DNA of 64,000 nucleotides from Gammaproteobacteria bacterium (GTDB lineage: Bacteria; Pseudomonadota; Gammaproteobacteria; Steroidobacterales; GCA-2729495), in contig CP129466.1 of the NCBI GenBank assembly GCA_030583605.1, positions 3,289,028-3,353,027 of the forward strand. The letters are read 5' to 3'. Within the stretch, counting starts at the first letter, position 1. Each line of letters starts with the position of its first letter. The notes beneath the pieces were generated by a model. It worked only from the letters and a program-made list of their open reading frames with translations, did not search any database and was not told the origin of the DNA. Both the position numbers and the translations under genes were made by a program. Below, piece by piece: positions 28,294 through 36,943 of this stretch.

Positions 28294-29600
28294 CCACCAT
28301 CCGCGCGCGGCTGCTCGTGTGGCTGCTCTCCGCGGTGATCGCCGCTGCCCTCTCCGGCGCGTTCACGACCTACCAGATCACGCTCGAGAGCGCCGGCGAG
28401 GTCTTCGACGAGCAACTCCAGCAGACGGCCTACTCCCTGCGCGACCAGTCGTTCGAATTCGCGCTGCCCCCGCAGCTGCCTGCCTCGGAGACACGCAACA
28501 GGGTCGTCGTCCAGGTCTGGACCGCCAACGGCGTACGGCTGTATTTCTCCGAGGTCTACCGCGAGCTGCCGGGGCTGCAGCCCCCGGGGTTCTCCAACGT
28601 CAAGGCCGGCAACGTGACCTGGCGGGTCTTCTCGCTGCCGAGCCGCGGCTACGTGATCCAGGTGGCCCAGCCGCTGGTGGTGCGCCAGAGCCGCGCCATC
28701 GGCCTGGCCCTGCAAACACTCACGCCCCTCGCCCTGATGCTCCCGATCCTGGGCGCAGCGATCTGGCTGATCGTCGGCACCCAGCTGAAACCGCTCGATC
28801 GCCTCGCGCAATCGGTGCGCTTGCGCGAGGCCGATGCACTCGAGCCGTTCGCCGAGCCCGGCCTGCCTGACGAAATCCGGCCGCTGGTCATGGCGCTGAA
28901 CGATCTGCTCGCACGCCTGCGCACCGCCATCAATGCGCAGCAGGCGTTCATCGCGGATGCCGCGCACGAGCTGCGCACGCCGCTCACCGCGGTCCGCCTG
29001 CAGTTACAGCTCGCCGAGAAGGCCGAGAGCGAGGAGGAGAAAACTGCGGCGTTCGCGCAGTTGCGCCATGGTATCGGGCGCACCGCGCGCCTGGTCGAAC
29101 AGATGCTGAATCTCGCGCGCCACGAGGCTTCTCCAATGGTGCGCGAGATCGTGGCGCTGGAGGCGCTCGCGCGCGAGGTGGTGGCTGATCTTGCGCCGCT
29201 CGCCGACGCGCGCCACCAGGACTTCGGGCTGGCGGAGTCCTCGCCGGCCGTCGTGCGTGGCGATCCGCACGCGCTGCGTATGCTGTTGCGCAATCTTGCC
29301 GATAACGCCATCCGCTACAGCCCGGAGGGCGGCAAGGTGGACGTGAGCGTCGGCGTACTCGCCGGCACACCCTTCCTGCGGGTGGCCGATTCGGGCCCCG
29401 GTATTCCGCCCGAGGATCGCGAGCGGGTATTCGCCCGCTTCTTCCGTCGTGCCGACAGCGGCGTCAGCGGCACCGGACTGGGCCTGGCCATCGTCCGGAG
29501 CATCGTCAAAAACCATAATGCAAACATAGAGTTGTCAGACAACCCCGGCGGTGGCGGACTGAGCGTAACGGTCACCTTCCCGGTCGCCGCTGAAGATTAA
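28290..29600 (+). CDS. sensor histidine kinase (QseC/BasS-like)
   Basis: Two TM spans, H-box ADAAHELRTPLTAV, N box LADNAIRYSP, and G boxes DSGPGIP and GTGLGLAIV. The start overlaps the regulator's stop. Confidence 0.85.
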   Translation: MTTIRARLLVWLLSAVIAAALSGAFTTYQITLESAGEVFDEQLQQTAYSLRDQSFEFALPPQLPASETRNRVVVQVWTANGVRLYFSEVYRELPGLQPPGFSNVKAGNVTWRVFSLPSRGYVIQVAQPLVVRQSRAIGLALQTLTPLALMLPILGAAIWLIVGTQLKPLDRLAQSVRLREADALEPFAEPGLPDEIRPLVMALNDLLARLRTAINAQQAFIADAAHELRTPLTAVRLQLQLAEKAESEEEKTAAFAQLRHGIGRTARLVEQMLNLARHEASPMVREIVALEALAREVVADLAPLADARHQDFGLAESSPAVVRGDPHALRMLLRNLADNAIRYSPEGGKVDVSVGVLAGTPFLRVADSGPGIPPEDRERVFARFFRRADSGVSGTGLGLAIVRSIVKNHNANIELSDNPGGGGLSVTVTFPVAAED

Positions 29601-29734
29601 GCATTCTTTAAGTAAACACCCCTACTCTGCGCACCATCGATTTGCGCAAGCGGTTGCCGAGACGCCCTCCCCGCAACGGGCGAAGACGACGAAGCGACCC
29701 ACTCGAAGATCCTCCAGACGAGTCACGAATCGAG

Positions 29735-29770
29735 CAGGCCGGTGCCCCCCCCCACCGGCCTGTTTTTTTT
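29735..29770 (+). terminator. rho-independent terminator
   Basis: 10-bp stem CAGGCCGGTG / CACCGGCCTG with a C-rich loop, followed by T8. Lies 135 nt downstream of the kinase stop. Confidence 0.75.
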
Positions 29771-29813
29771 CCGTCTGCGTTCGCAGTGTTGCACCGACCT
29801 ATTGCACCAATGT

Positions 29814-29840
29814 GAACCTCGCGGCACGCAGGCGGTCACA
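29814..29840 (+). promoter_or_regulatory. candidate sigma-E (RpoE)-type promoter for degP/htrA
   Basis: GAACCT-N16-TCACA compared with the recalled consensus GGAACTT-N16-TCAAA. About 115 nt upstream of the degP-like ATG; degP is a classical RpoE regulon member. Confidence 0.4.
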
Positions 29841-29892
29841 TACCCGGCGCGCAGACTCACCGAGCAGCGCGTGTAAGCAAGTCTTAAGCGAC

Positions 29893-29908
29893 GTTCACTA
29901 GTGTGAAC
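29893..29908. promoter_or_regulatory. 16-bp palindrome GTTCAC-TAGT-GTGAAC upstream of degP/htrA
   Basis: Perfect 6-bp arms. A third GTGAAC lies at 29812-29817. About 50 nt upstream of the ATG. Confidence 0.3.
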
Positions 29909-29956
29909 ATCCAACGGCTTGCATGGTGCGAATCAACAGTGAGTGGCACGCGTAAC

Positions 29957-31453
29957 ATGAATACAAAGTCGTTAGTTATCTCCGGCGTCGTCGTGGCTGC
30001 TGTCGCAGGCTCGGCCATTTTCCTCCCCACGGCATGGCACTCCCCCGCCATCGCCGCGACCCCCCCAGAGCCGTCTGCGACAACTTCCGCGCCGGCGCCG
30101 GCCTCTTCTCCCCCCGTTGTAGCCGGCCTGCCGGATTTCAGCACGCTGGTCGAGCGGTTCGGGCCAGCCGTCGTGAACATCACCGTCAAGCAGGAGATGC
30201 GCACGTCGGCCCGCGGCCGCTTCGATGACCCGATGGAAAGCTCGCCGTTTGCGCCGTTCTTTCGCGGTCTTCCGGCACCACCCGCCCGCCCCATGACCGG
30301 CCAGGGCTCGGGGTTCATCATTTCGGCCGACGGGCTCGTGCTCACTAACGCGCACGTGGTCGACGATGCGGACGAAGTCACCGTCAAGCTCACCGACAAA
30401 CGCGAGTTCACCGCACAGGTGCTGGGCAAGGACAAGCTGACCGACGTCGCCGTGCTGCGAATCGACGCGCACGATCTGCCGTTCGTTCAGTTCGGCAACC
30501 CGGAAGACCTGCAGGTCGGCGAGTGGGTCGTCGCAATCGGTTCTCCCTTCGGCTTCGAGAACTCCGTGACGGCCGGCATCGTCAGCGCCAAGGGTCGCGC
30601 GCTGCCCGACGACACTTACGTGCCGTTCATCCAGACGGACGTGGCGGTCAACCCCGGCAACTCCGGTGGCCCGTTGTTCAACCTGCGCGGTGAGGTCGTC
30701 GGCATCAACTCGCAGATCTTCAGCCGCACCGGCGGATACCAGGGCGTGTCCTTCGCCATCCCCATCGACGTGGCGATGCGCGTGCAGAAGGATCTCGTGG
30801 CGGATGGGCATGTGTCACGCGGCTGGCTCGGCGTCGGCATCCAGGGCATGAGCCGCCAGCTTGCCGAGAGCTTCGGTCTCGATCAGCCGCGCGGCGCACT
30901 CGTCTCGCAGGTGATGCCGGGCAGCCCGGCCGCCACGGCAGGGCTCCAGGCCGGCGACGTCATCCTCGAGTTCGGCGGCAAGGCGATCAATGATTCCTCC
31001 GACCTGCCGCCGCTCGTCGGCGCCACCAGGATCGGGACCGACGTACCCCTGAAGGTCCTGCGCAACGGCAAGGAGAAGAACCTCACGGCCGAGATCGCAC
31101 GACTCGCTGACGATGATGGCGGCGAGCCTGAGGCAACCCTCGGCTCCAACGGCAATGAGTCGCGCTCGCACCTCGGAGTGGCGGTCGCCGATCTGTCGGA
31201 CAGCCAGCGCGCCCAGCTCGGCATCGAGCATGGCGGCGTCGTGGTCACACAGGTCAGCGATGGCCCGGCTGCCGAGGCTGGCATCCGGCGCGGCGACGTG
31301 CTGCTGCAACTCGGCCGGGAGCAGATCGACGGCAGCCAGAAGCTGCGCGAACTCCTCGACAAGGCGCCGCAAGGCAAGCCGATCCCGATCCTGGTCCGGC
31401 GTGGCGAAAACACCTTGTTCCTCGCGTTGCAGCCGGCCTCGCGAAACGGCTAG
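29957..31453 (+). CDS. htrA: periplasmic serine endoprotease, DegP/DegQ (HtrA) family
   Basis: Signal peptide; triad contexts LTNAHVV, DVAVLRI and GNSGGPLFN; two PDZ-like repeats. Confidence 0.9.
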   Translation: MNTKSLVISGVVVAAVAGSAIFLPTAWHSPAIAATPPEPSATTSAPAPASSPPVVAGLPDFSTLVERFGPAVVNITVKQEMRTSARGRFDDPMESSPFAPFFRGLPAPPARPMTGQGSGFIISADGLVLTNAHVVDDADEVTVKLTDKREFTAQVLGKDKLTDVAVLRIDAHDLPFVQFGNPEDLQVGEWVVAIGSPFGFENSVTAGIVSAKGRALPDDTYVPFIQTDVAVNPGNSGGPLFNLRGEVVGINSQIFSRTGGYQGVSFAIPIDVAMRVQKDLVADGHVSRGWLGVGIQGMSRQLAESFGLDQPRGALVSQVMPGSPAATAGLQAGDVILEFGGKAINDSSDLPPLVGATRIGTDVPLKVLRNGKEKNLTAEIARLADDDGGEPEATLGSNGNESRSHLGVAVADLSDSQRAQLGIEHGGVVVTQVSDGPAAEAGIRRGDVLLQLGREQIDGSQKLRELLDKAPQGKPIPILVRRGENTLFLALQPASRNG

Positions 31454-31493
31454 TCCCCCCTGTGACACGCCCTCCTGACGGGCGTGCGCTCCA

Positions 31494-31525
31494 CGGCCGG
31501 GCGACCACGCCCGGCCGTTTTTTTT
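31494..31525 (+). terminator. rho-independent terminator of htrA
   Basis: 10-bp stem CGGCCGGGCG / CGCCCGGCCG, 4-nt loop, then T8. MITE copy 3 starts at the next base. Confidence 0.8.
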
Positions 31526-32025
31526 GGTTCTTCGCAGATTGGCGGGATCATCATGCGGCGAAGGCTGCATAGGACTCCGCCCATCCCCGGGTCTCGCCGC
31601 CGGCTGGCCCTGCGGGTGCCCTCGCCGGCGTGCTCGCTGCGGAGTGCGCGCCACTCGACATCCTGGTCTCGTGGGCGCGCAGCAGCGGCATCCCTGCCGC
31701 TGCCTCTGCGAGCTTAGCCTTGCTCGCTACGCCTGCTCGGCCAACCGGCTGATGGGCTCGGCCCGGAGACGGGCGGAGTCGCAGCAGCCTGACAAGCGGT
31801 TCTGCGCCCCGAGCACCTTGCGACGCATCGCGCCTGGCGAGGCGGGCGCAGCGGTGGTCACGGCCCCGGCGCGGGCATGTGTGGAGCCGGTTGCCAGGAG
31901 GGCAGCAACCGGCGGAACTCATAGCGACGAGCACAGGGACGTGCGAGGAGCGGCACGCGCCGGGGGCACGACCACCGCATCGTCCACCAGCGAGCCGCTG
32001 CATGCCCGCAGATCGGCGAAGAACC
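31526..32025 (-). mobile_element. MITE-like non-autonomous element, copy 3 (500 bp, inverted relative to copies 1-2)
   Basis: The reverse complement aligns end to end with copies 1 and 2, with the same GGTTCTTCG... termini. Flanked by T8 (left) and C+T6 (right). Contains a 47-nt diverged internal block at 31778-31824. Confidence 0.8.
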
Positions 32026-32248
32026 CTTTTTTCTGGTGCTGCGCCGATCGGCGGGGACGGGGTGCCGTCGCTACGGAGTCGATGCGCTGGTTCCGCATGA
32101 GGACACAGGAGGAACCCGTTCCTTTTCGAGCTCCTGCCCGTCCACGGCACCGCGAGCGGGCGGCGCCCGGCATGAAACCTCCGCCCGGCAATTGAGTACA
32201 CTGTGCGCGGCGTAACGGGGATCGGTATCCCCGGATTGGGGGAGCCGC

Positions 32249-33628
32249 ATGAATTCGATGTTTCGCCGCCGCCCGGTGGATACGAACCCGCATCGCGATA
32301 CGGGCCTGCACCGCAGCCTTAGCGCATTCGACCTGACCCTGCTCGGTATCGGCTCGATCATTGGCGCCGGCATCTTCGTGCTGACCGGAATCGCGGCCGC
32401 CACCCGAGCCGGGCCCGGCATCGTGCTGTCCTACGTCGTCGCGGGCCTCGCCTGCGGCTTCACCGCGCTCGCTTACGCGGAGCTCGCCAGCATGCTCGGC
32501 GGCGCCGGCAGCGCCTACAGCTATGCGTACAACAGTTTCGGCGAGCTGGTCGCGTGGCTGGTCGGCTGGAACCTGATCCTCGAGTACGGCGCCTCCGTCT
32601 CCGCGGTGGCAGTCGCCTGGTCCGGCTACGTCGGCAACGTGCTGGCGGCAGCCGGGTTGTCCTTACCCGATGCGCTCATGCACCCGCCGGTGGAGGGCGG
32701 CATCGTGAACCTGCCGGCGCTGCTCATCATCGTGGCGCTCGGCTTCCTGCTGACCGCAGGCGTCAAGGACAGCGCCCGCGTGAACAACGCCATCGCATTC
32801 ATCAAGGTCGGCGCCATCATCGTCTTCATCGTCGCCGCCGTTCCGCACATCGAGCCCGCCAACTGGCAGCCCTTCCTGCCGTTCGGCGTTTCCGGCATTT
32901 TCGGCGGCGCCAGCCTGATCTTCTTCGCCTACATCGGCTTCGATGCCATTTCCACCGCCGGCGAGGAAGCCCGCAACCCCGGTCGCGACATGCCGATCGC
33001 CATCCTGAGTTCGCTGGTGATCTGCACACTCATATATATCGTGGTGGCGGGCCTGCTCACCGCGATCGCGCCCTACCAGACGCTCAATGTCGCCTCCCCG
33101 GTCGCCGACGCACTGCTCAACGCAGGCGTGCGCTGGGGTGGCGCCGTGGTGGCGGCCGGCGCCATCGCCGGCCTGACTTCCGTCATGCTGGTGCAGTACT
33201 ACGGCCAGACGCGGATCTTCCTGGCGATGGCTCGCGACGGGCTGATCTCCCCGGCGTTCGCCCAGGTGCATGCCCAACGGCGCACTCCGATGAAATCGAT
33301 CTTCATCTGCGGCGCTGCCATGGCGCTTTCGGCCGGCTTCATGCCGCTCACGATCATCGCCGAGATCGTCAACATCGGCACTCTGTTCGCATTCGTCTTC
33401 GTGTGCGGCGGCGTGATCGTCCTGCGCCGCCATTACCCGGACCTGCCCCGCCCCTACCGGGTGCCCGGCGGCGACCTCGTCCCGGTGCTCGGCATCCTGA
33501 GCTGCCTCGGGCTGATGGCATTCCTGCCGCTGGCGACCTGGGTGCGGTTCGCGGTTTGGCTCGTTGTCGGGCTGGTCATCTATTTCGGCTACTCGCGCCA
33601 GCGGAGCACGCTCGGCCGCGCGGGATGA
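32249..33628 (+). CDS. APC-superfamily amino acid permease (cationic amino acid transporter-like)
   Basis: 459 aa, about 12-13 TM spans. N-terminal LSAFDLTLLGIGSIIGAGIFVLTG signature; FFAYIGFDAISTAGEEARNP block. Confidence 0.85.
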   Translation: MNSMFRRRPVDTNPHRDTGLHRSLSAFDLTLLGIGSIIGAGIFVLTGIAAATRAGPGIVLSYVVAGLACGFTALAYAELASMLGGAGSAYSYAYNSFGELVAWLVGWNLILEYGASVSAVAVAWSGYVGNVLAAAGLSLPDALMHPPVEGGIVNLPALLIIVALGFLLTAGVKDSARVNNAIAFIKVGAIIVFIVAAVPHIEPANWQPFLPFGVSGIFGGASLIFFAYIGFDAISTAGEEARNPGRDMPIAILSSLVICTLIYIVVAGLLTAIAPYQTLNVASPVADALLNAGVRWGGAVVAAGAIAGLTSVMLVQYYGQTRIFLAMARDGLISPAFAQVHAQRRTPMKSIFICGAAMALSAGFMPLTIIAEIVNIGTLFAFVFVCGGVIVLRRHYPDLPRPYRVPGGDLVPVLGILSCLGLMAFLPLATWVRFAVWLVVGLVIYFGYSRQRSTLGRAG

Positions 33629-33667
33629 GCGGCCCCTGTCCGTCGCAGCCGGCGTGACGCGCCCGGC

Positions 33668-34132
33668 TCAGTAGGGCGTGCCGTCCTTGTGGACGAAGTC
33701 GGCGGCGCCGCTGTAGCGCTCGGGCAGGAATTTCATGTCGATATCCGGATACTCGCCATGGTCCGCCTCGTCACGGCCGCCGACGACCAGCAGCAGGGCA
33801 TCCGCATCCGAGCGGTTGATGAAGTGGTGGCCGTTGCGATCGCCGCCGCGGAATCCGGCGCAGTCTCCGGCCCGCATCGGGTGCTCGCCCGCGTCATCCA
33901 CCATGGTCAGCTCGCCGGCAAGCACGTAGACAAACTCGTCCTCGACCGCGTGCCAGTGGCGCTGGCTCGACCAGGTGCCGGGCGGAAGCGTCACCAGATT
34001 GACTCCGAACTGGGTCAGGCCCGCGGCGTCACCGAGGCGATGCCAGCTGCGCTTGCGGCAGGGCTCGTCGAACGGTGATGGATAGCGGCTGCCCGCACCT
34101 CGCGGCGCAGCCTGCGCGTCGATCTTCGGCAT
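33668..34132 (-). CDS. cupin-domain protein
   Basis: Cupin motifs SQRHWHAVEDEFVYVLAG and GDCAGFRGGDRNGHHFIN. Confidence 0.75.
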   Translation of the reverse strand: MPKIDAQAAPRGAGSRYPSPFDEPCRKRSWHRLGDAAGLTQFGVNLVTLPPGTWSSQRHWHAVEDEFVYVLAGELTMVDDAGEHPMRAGDCAGFRGGDRNGHHFINRSDADALLLVVGGRDEADHGEYPDIDMKFLPERYSGAADFVHKDGTPY

Positions 34133-34168
34133 ACCTACCTCCGCTGCGGCGACGGGCCGCGTTGCCGG

Positions 34169-36229
34169 TCAGTTCCACTGCGACCAGTCGCGGCGATTCT
34201 CGGCCACGTGAAACAGCGCCGCGATCACCCGCCGGTCGAACTCGGTGCCGGCGCCGCGCAGCAGTTCATCGAGCGCCGCTTTCACGGAGATTCCTTCGCG
34301 GTACGCGCGGCTGCTGACCAGCGCGACGAAGGCATTGGCCACCGCAAGCACCTGGCCGGCGAGGGTGATCCGCTCGCCACTCAGGCCGTGCGGATAGCCG
34401 CGCCCATCGGGGCGCTCCTGCTTCTGCGCAATGATGTCCATTACCGGGCCATCGAACTCCAGGCCGCGCAGCAATTCCAGGCCGTAGTCTACGTGCTTGC
34501 GCAGCAGTTCCTGTTCGGCGGCGTTCAGCGGTTCGCTCTTCGTGAGGATGTCGGCCGGGATCATGATCTTGCCGATGTTGGCGAGGCTCGCCGCCAGGTC
34601 GAGCAGGCCCCGCTCGCTGTCGTTGAACCCGAGTTCGCGCGCCAGGGCATCCACCACCTCGGTCATGCGCCGCGCATGGTTGGCGGAGAACGGGTCGTGG
34701 CGATCCACCGCGCTCACCAGCGTCAGCACCAGGCGTCGCAGCAGGCTGGTGTTGCGCCGGTGTGCCGCCTCGAGGTCGGTGACGTCGCTCAGCACGAGCA
34801 ACGTCGGCGCGTACTCTCCGGCCAGGCGCTCGACCGGAATGAAACTCGCGCGATAGCTGCGGGTCGTCGCCCCGGAGGGCCAGTGCAGCAGCTTGTGCAC
34901 CACCGCCTGTTGCTGGGTGGCCGCCTCGATGCCCGCGTGCAGATCGTGCAGCTGGCCCGAGGACAGGAAGCTCGCGAGTCTGGTATCCAGCACGTCCGCG
35001 ATGGCCGACCCGACCGCTGCCGCCGCGGCCTGGTTCACGAACAGCACGCGCTCCTCGCGGCTCACGAGCAGGGTCAGCACGTCCAGGTTGTCGGTGATCG
35101 TGTGCAGTCGCTCGGTCTGGCGTTGCAGGCGACCGGCCTTGTCCGCGAGTTCGTCGGCATGGTGGCGCGAGCGCACGCTGCTGCCGTGGCGCCAGGCGGC
35201 CACGACGATGGCAACGATGGCGACCAGCGCCAGCGAAAGCGCGAGCAGCATGAAGCGGCGCCGTTCGTCGGCGAGGCTGAGGGCCGCAGCCGCATCCACC
35301 TGCTGCGCCAGCACCCAGCCCTCTTCGCCGCGGATACGGCGGCTCACCTGCAGCACCGGCCGGCCGAGGTAATTGTCGAGCGCCACGAAGCGCCCCGGAG
35401 CGGCAACAGCCGCGATCTCGGCGAGATCCGCCCGATCCGCGGGAAGCGTGCGCCGCAGGCCGGGCGAGCCGTCACGCGTCGGCGACAGCAGCACGACCGT
35501 GTCGGCGCGGCGCTCGAGGAGCAGCGACTCGTTGTCCTCGACGAAGGCCGGACTGCGTGTCAGCAACGGAAACAGCTCCTGCTCCGCACTGCGGATGCCG
35601 AGGAGCACGCCCAGCGGGCGCTCGTTGTCCGGGCCGCGGGTGCCCGGCACGGCATTGATCGCCACCGCAATCACGAGCACCGCCGCATCCTGCGCATCGC
35701 GCATCAGCACCGCGCCGGCGCGCGGCGGGTCCTGCAGGGCATTGCGCGCCATGGCCGCAAAGTTTGCGCGCGCCTCCACCAGCCCGGGCGTCGCCAGCAC
35801 GGGATTGAGGTTCATGTCGAAGATGACCAACCCTTCCGCGCGCGGCTGTGCCAGGTTGGCCGGCACGCGGATGCGCGACGCCGTGGCGTAGCCGAACCGC
35901 TCCGCGGCCGCGAGCAGCAGGTTACGCAGGTAACCGAGCGTATCGGGCTCGACGCCTGCGGCGCCCGACGCCTGCCCGAGCTGCCAGAGATAAAAGCGCA
36001 GCGAGGCGTTGGCGGCCAGCTCCTGCAGGTTGCGGCGGTCGGCGGAAACCAGCCGGTGAATCGCGTCGGCTTTGGCATCCGCGACCAGCCCGAGCCGCGA
36101 CTCCCATTGCAACAGGTCGCGTTCGCGTTCCTGCCCGATGTAGGCGTTGATAAGGAATGCCCCGAAGCCGACCAGCGCCAGCAGCGCCAGCACCCCGGCA
36201 GTGATGGAGAATCTCACCGGAGCGCTCAC
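34169..36229 (-). CDS. transmembrane sensor: periplasmic domain - PAS - HD-GYP (c-di-GMP phosphodiesterase type)
   Basis: GTG 36229 overlaps the upstream gene's TGA (GTGA). TM1 FSITAGVLALLALVGFGAFLINAYI, a ~295-aa periplasmic segment, then TM2 FMLLALSLALVAIVAIVVAAW. PAS-like LVSREERVLFVNQAA...LLVLSDVTDLE. HD-GYP motifs RHDPFSANHARRM, IGKIMIP and ERPDGRGYPHGL. Confidence 0.8.
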   Translation of the reverse strand: MSAPVRFSITAGVLALLALVGFGAFLINAYIGQERERDLLQWESRLGLVADAKADAIHRLVSADRRNLQELAANASLRFYLWQLGQASGAAGVEPDTLGYLRNLLLAAAERFGYATASRIRVPANLAQPRAEGLVIFDMNLNPVLATPGLVEARANFAAMARNALQDPPRAGAVLMRDAQDAAVLVIAVAINAVPGTRGPDNERPLGVLLGIRSAEQELFPLLTRSPAFVEDNESLLLERRADTVVLLSPTRDGSPGLRRTLPADRADLAEIAAVAAPGRFVALDNYLGRPVLQVSRRIRGEEGWVLAQQVDAAAALSLADERRRFMLLALSLALVAIVAIVVAAWRHGSSVRSRHHADELADKAGRLQRQTERLHTITDNLDVLTLLVSREERVLFVNQAAAAAVGSAIADVLDTRLASFLSSGQLHDLHAGIEAATQQQAVVHKLLHWPSGATTRSYRASFIPVERLAGEYAPTLLVLSDVTDLEAAHRRNTSLLRRLVLTLVSAVDRHDPFSANHARRMTEVVDALARELGFNDSERGLLDLAASLANIGKIMIPADILTKSEPLNAAEQELLRKHVDYGLELLRGLEFDGPVMDIIAQKQERPDGRGYPHGLSGERITLAGQVLAVANAFVALVSSRAYREGISVKAALDELLRGAGTEFDRRVIAALFHVAENRRDWSQWN

Positions 36230-36882
36230 GAACGCGAACCCCGGTTGCCCGGCGTGTGGATCCACCAGCCGCGCTCGTTGATCGAATAGACCGGCGCGTA
36301 GTGCACCACCTGCCGGTGCCCGAGCACGCCGGGCACCTGGTTGTCGAGCACCAGTATGTCGGCGCCACTGCCGACCGCCAGCACCGCATGGGGCACGGCG
36401 AGGTTCGTGTCCTGCACCACGACGATACGCATCTCGTCCTGCGGATACCCGAGCCAGCGCAAGGAGAAGTACTTGGTGATCGCGAAGTCCTCGCAATCGC
36501 CGCCGTTCGCGAAAAACTCCCTGGGAATCGCCCAGTAGTCCTCGATGCCGTAGTTCTCCAGATCGAGGATGTAATCCTTCTCGTTGGCGTAGCGATTCAC
36601 CTCGCGCAGTTGCTCGGCCACCGGCAGCGCCCGGATGCGGTCGAGAAACGCGAGCCAGCGCCTCATGTGACAGCGATTGAGGCGCCGCTCATCGCAATCA
36701 CCATCGCGCAGGTTGTCGCGCAGTTGCCGCTCGAGGGCGTTGAGCCATTGTGGAAAGTCGGCGAGGTTTTCCTGCGCGGCCTGGCGGTAGCCGAACAGGT
36801 TCGCAGGAAATGCAGCGGCGACCATCGGACAGAACGCAAGCAGCAGGAGTACCCGGGCCGCACCCCGGCGGAACTGCGACAT
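36226..36882 (-). CDS. periplasmic transglutaminase-like cysteine protease (BTLCP / LapG family)
   Basis: From Met 36882: signal peptide MSQFRRGAARVLLLLAFCPMVAAAFP. Catalytic contexts GGDCEDFAITKYFSL (Cys), AVPHAVLAV (His) and LVLDN (Asp), matching the BTLCP pattern I recall. Confidence 0.75.
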   Translation of the reverse strand: MSQFRRGAARVLLLLAFCPMVAAAFPANLFGYRQAAQENLADFPQWLNALERQLRDNLRDGDCDERRLNRCHMRRWLAFLDRIRALPVAEQLREVNRYANEKDYILDLENYGIEDYWAIPREFFANGGDCEDFAITKYFSLRWLGYPQDEMRIVVVQDTNLAVPHAVLAVGSGADILVLDNQVPGVLGHRQVVHYAPVYSINERGWWIHTPGNRGSRS

Positions 36883-36907
36883 AATCGATTGAGCCGGCGA
36901 CGAGCAG

Positions 36908-36925
36908 CCCGTAGTATCCCGTAGT
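36908..36925. promoter_or_regulatory. tandem direct repeat CCCGTAGT-AT-CCCGTAGT in a 61-bp divergent intergenic region
   Basis: Two identical 8-mers with 10-bp periodicity between the BTLCP start (36882) and the Slam start (36944). An 8-bp palindrome AATCGATT lies at 36883-36890. Confidence 0.35.
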
Positions 36926-36943
36926 CCCTGGCGATTTAACAAT

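Noticed and set aside
29883-29899. PmrA/BasR-type box CTTAAG-N5-TTCACT upstream of htrA.
   Set aside because: Only the first half-site matches the recalled YTTAAK consensus. The second half is better explained as an arm of the GTTCAC/GTGAAC palindrome.
29723-29914. 63-aa minus-strand ORF in the kinase/htrA intergenic region.
   Set aside because: It reads through the terminator hairpin and the palindrome, uses a TTG start with no RBS, and is Arg-rich. More likely non-coding.
35303-35320. GWVLAQ in the HD-GYP periplasmic domain, as a possible LapD-like GWxQ LapG-binding loop.
   Set aside because: The spacing differs from GWxQ, and it lies immediately before TM2 rather than in a central periplasmic hairpin. 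It cannot be used as evidence for the LapD analogy.
34208-36289. 693-aa plus-strand ORF.
   Set aside because: Antisense to the PAS-HD-GYP gene, whose motifs are clear. Arg/Gln/His/Ala-rich with no recognisable domain.
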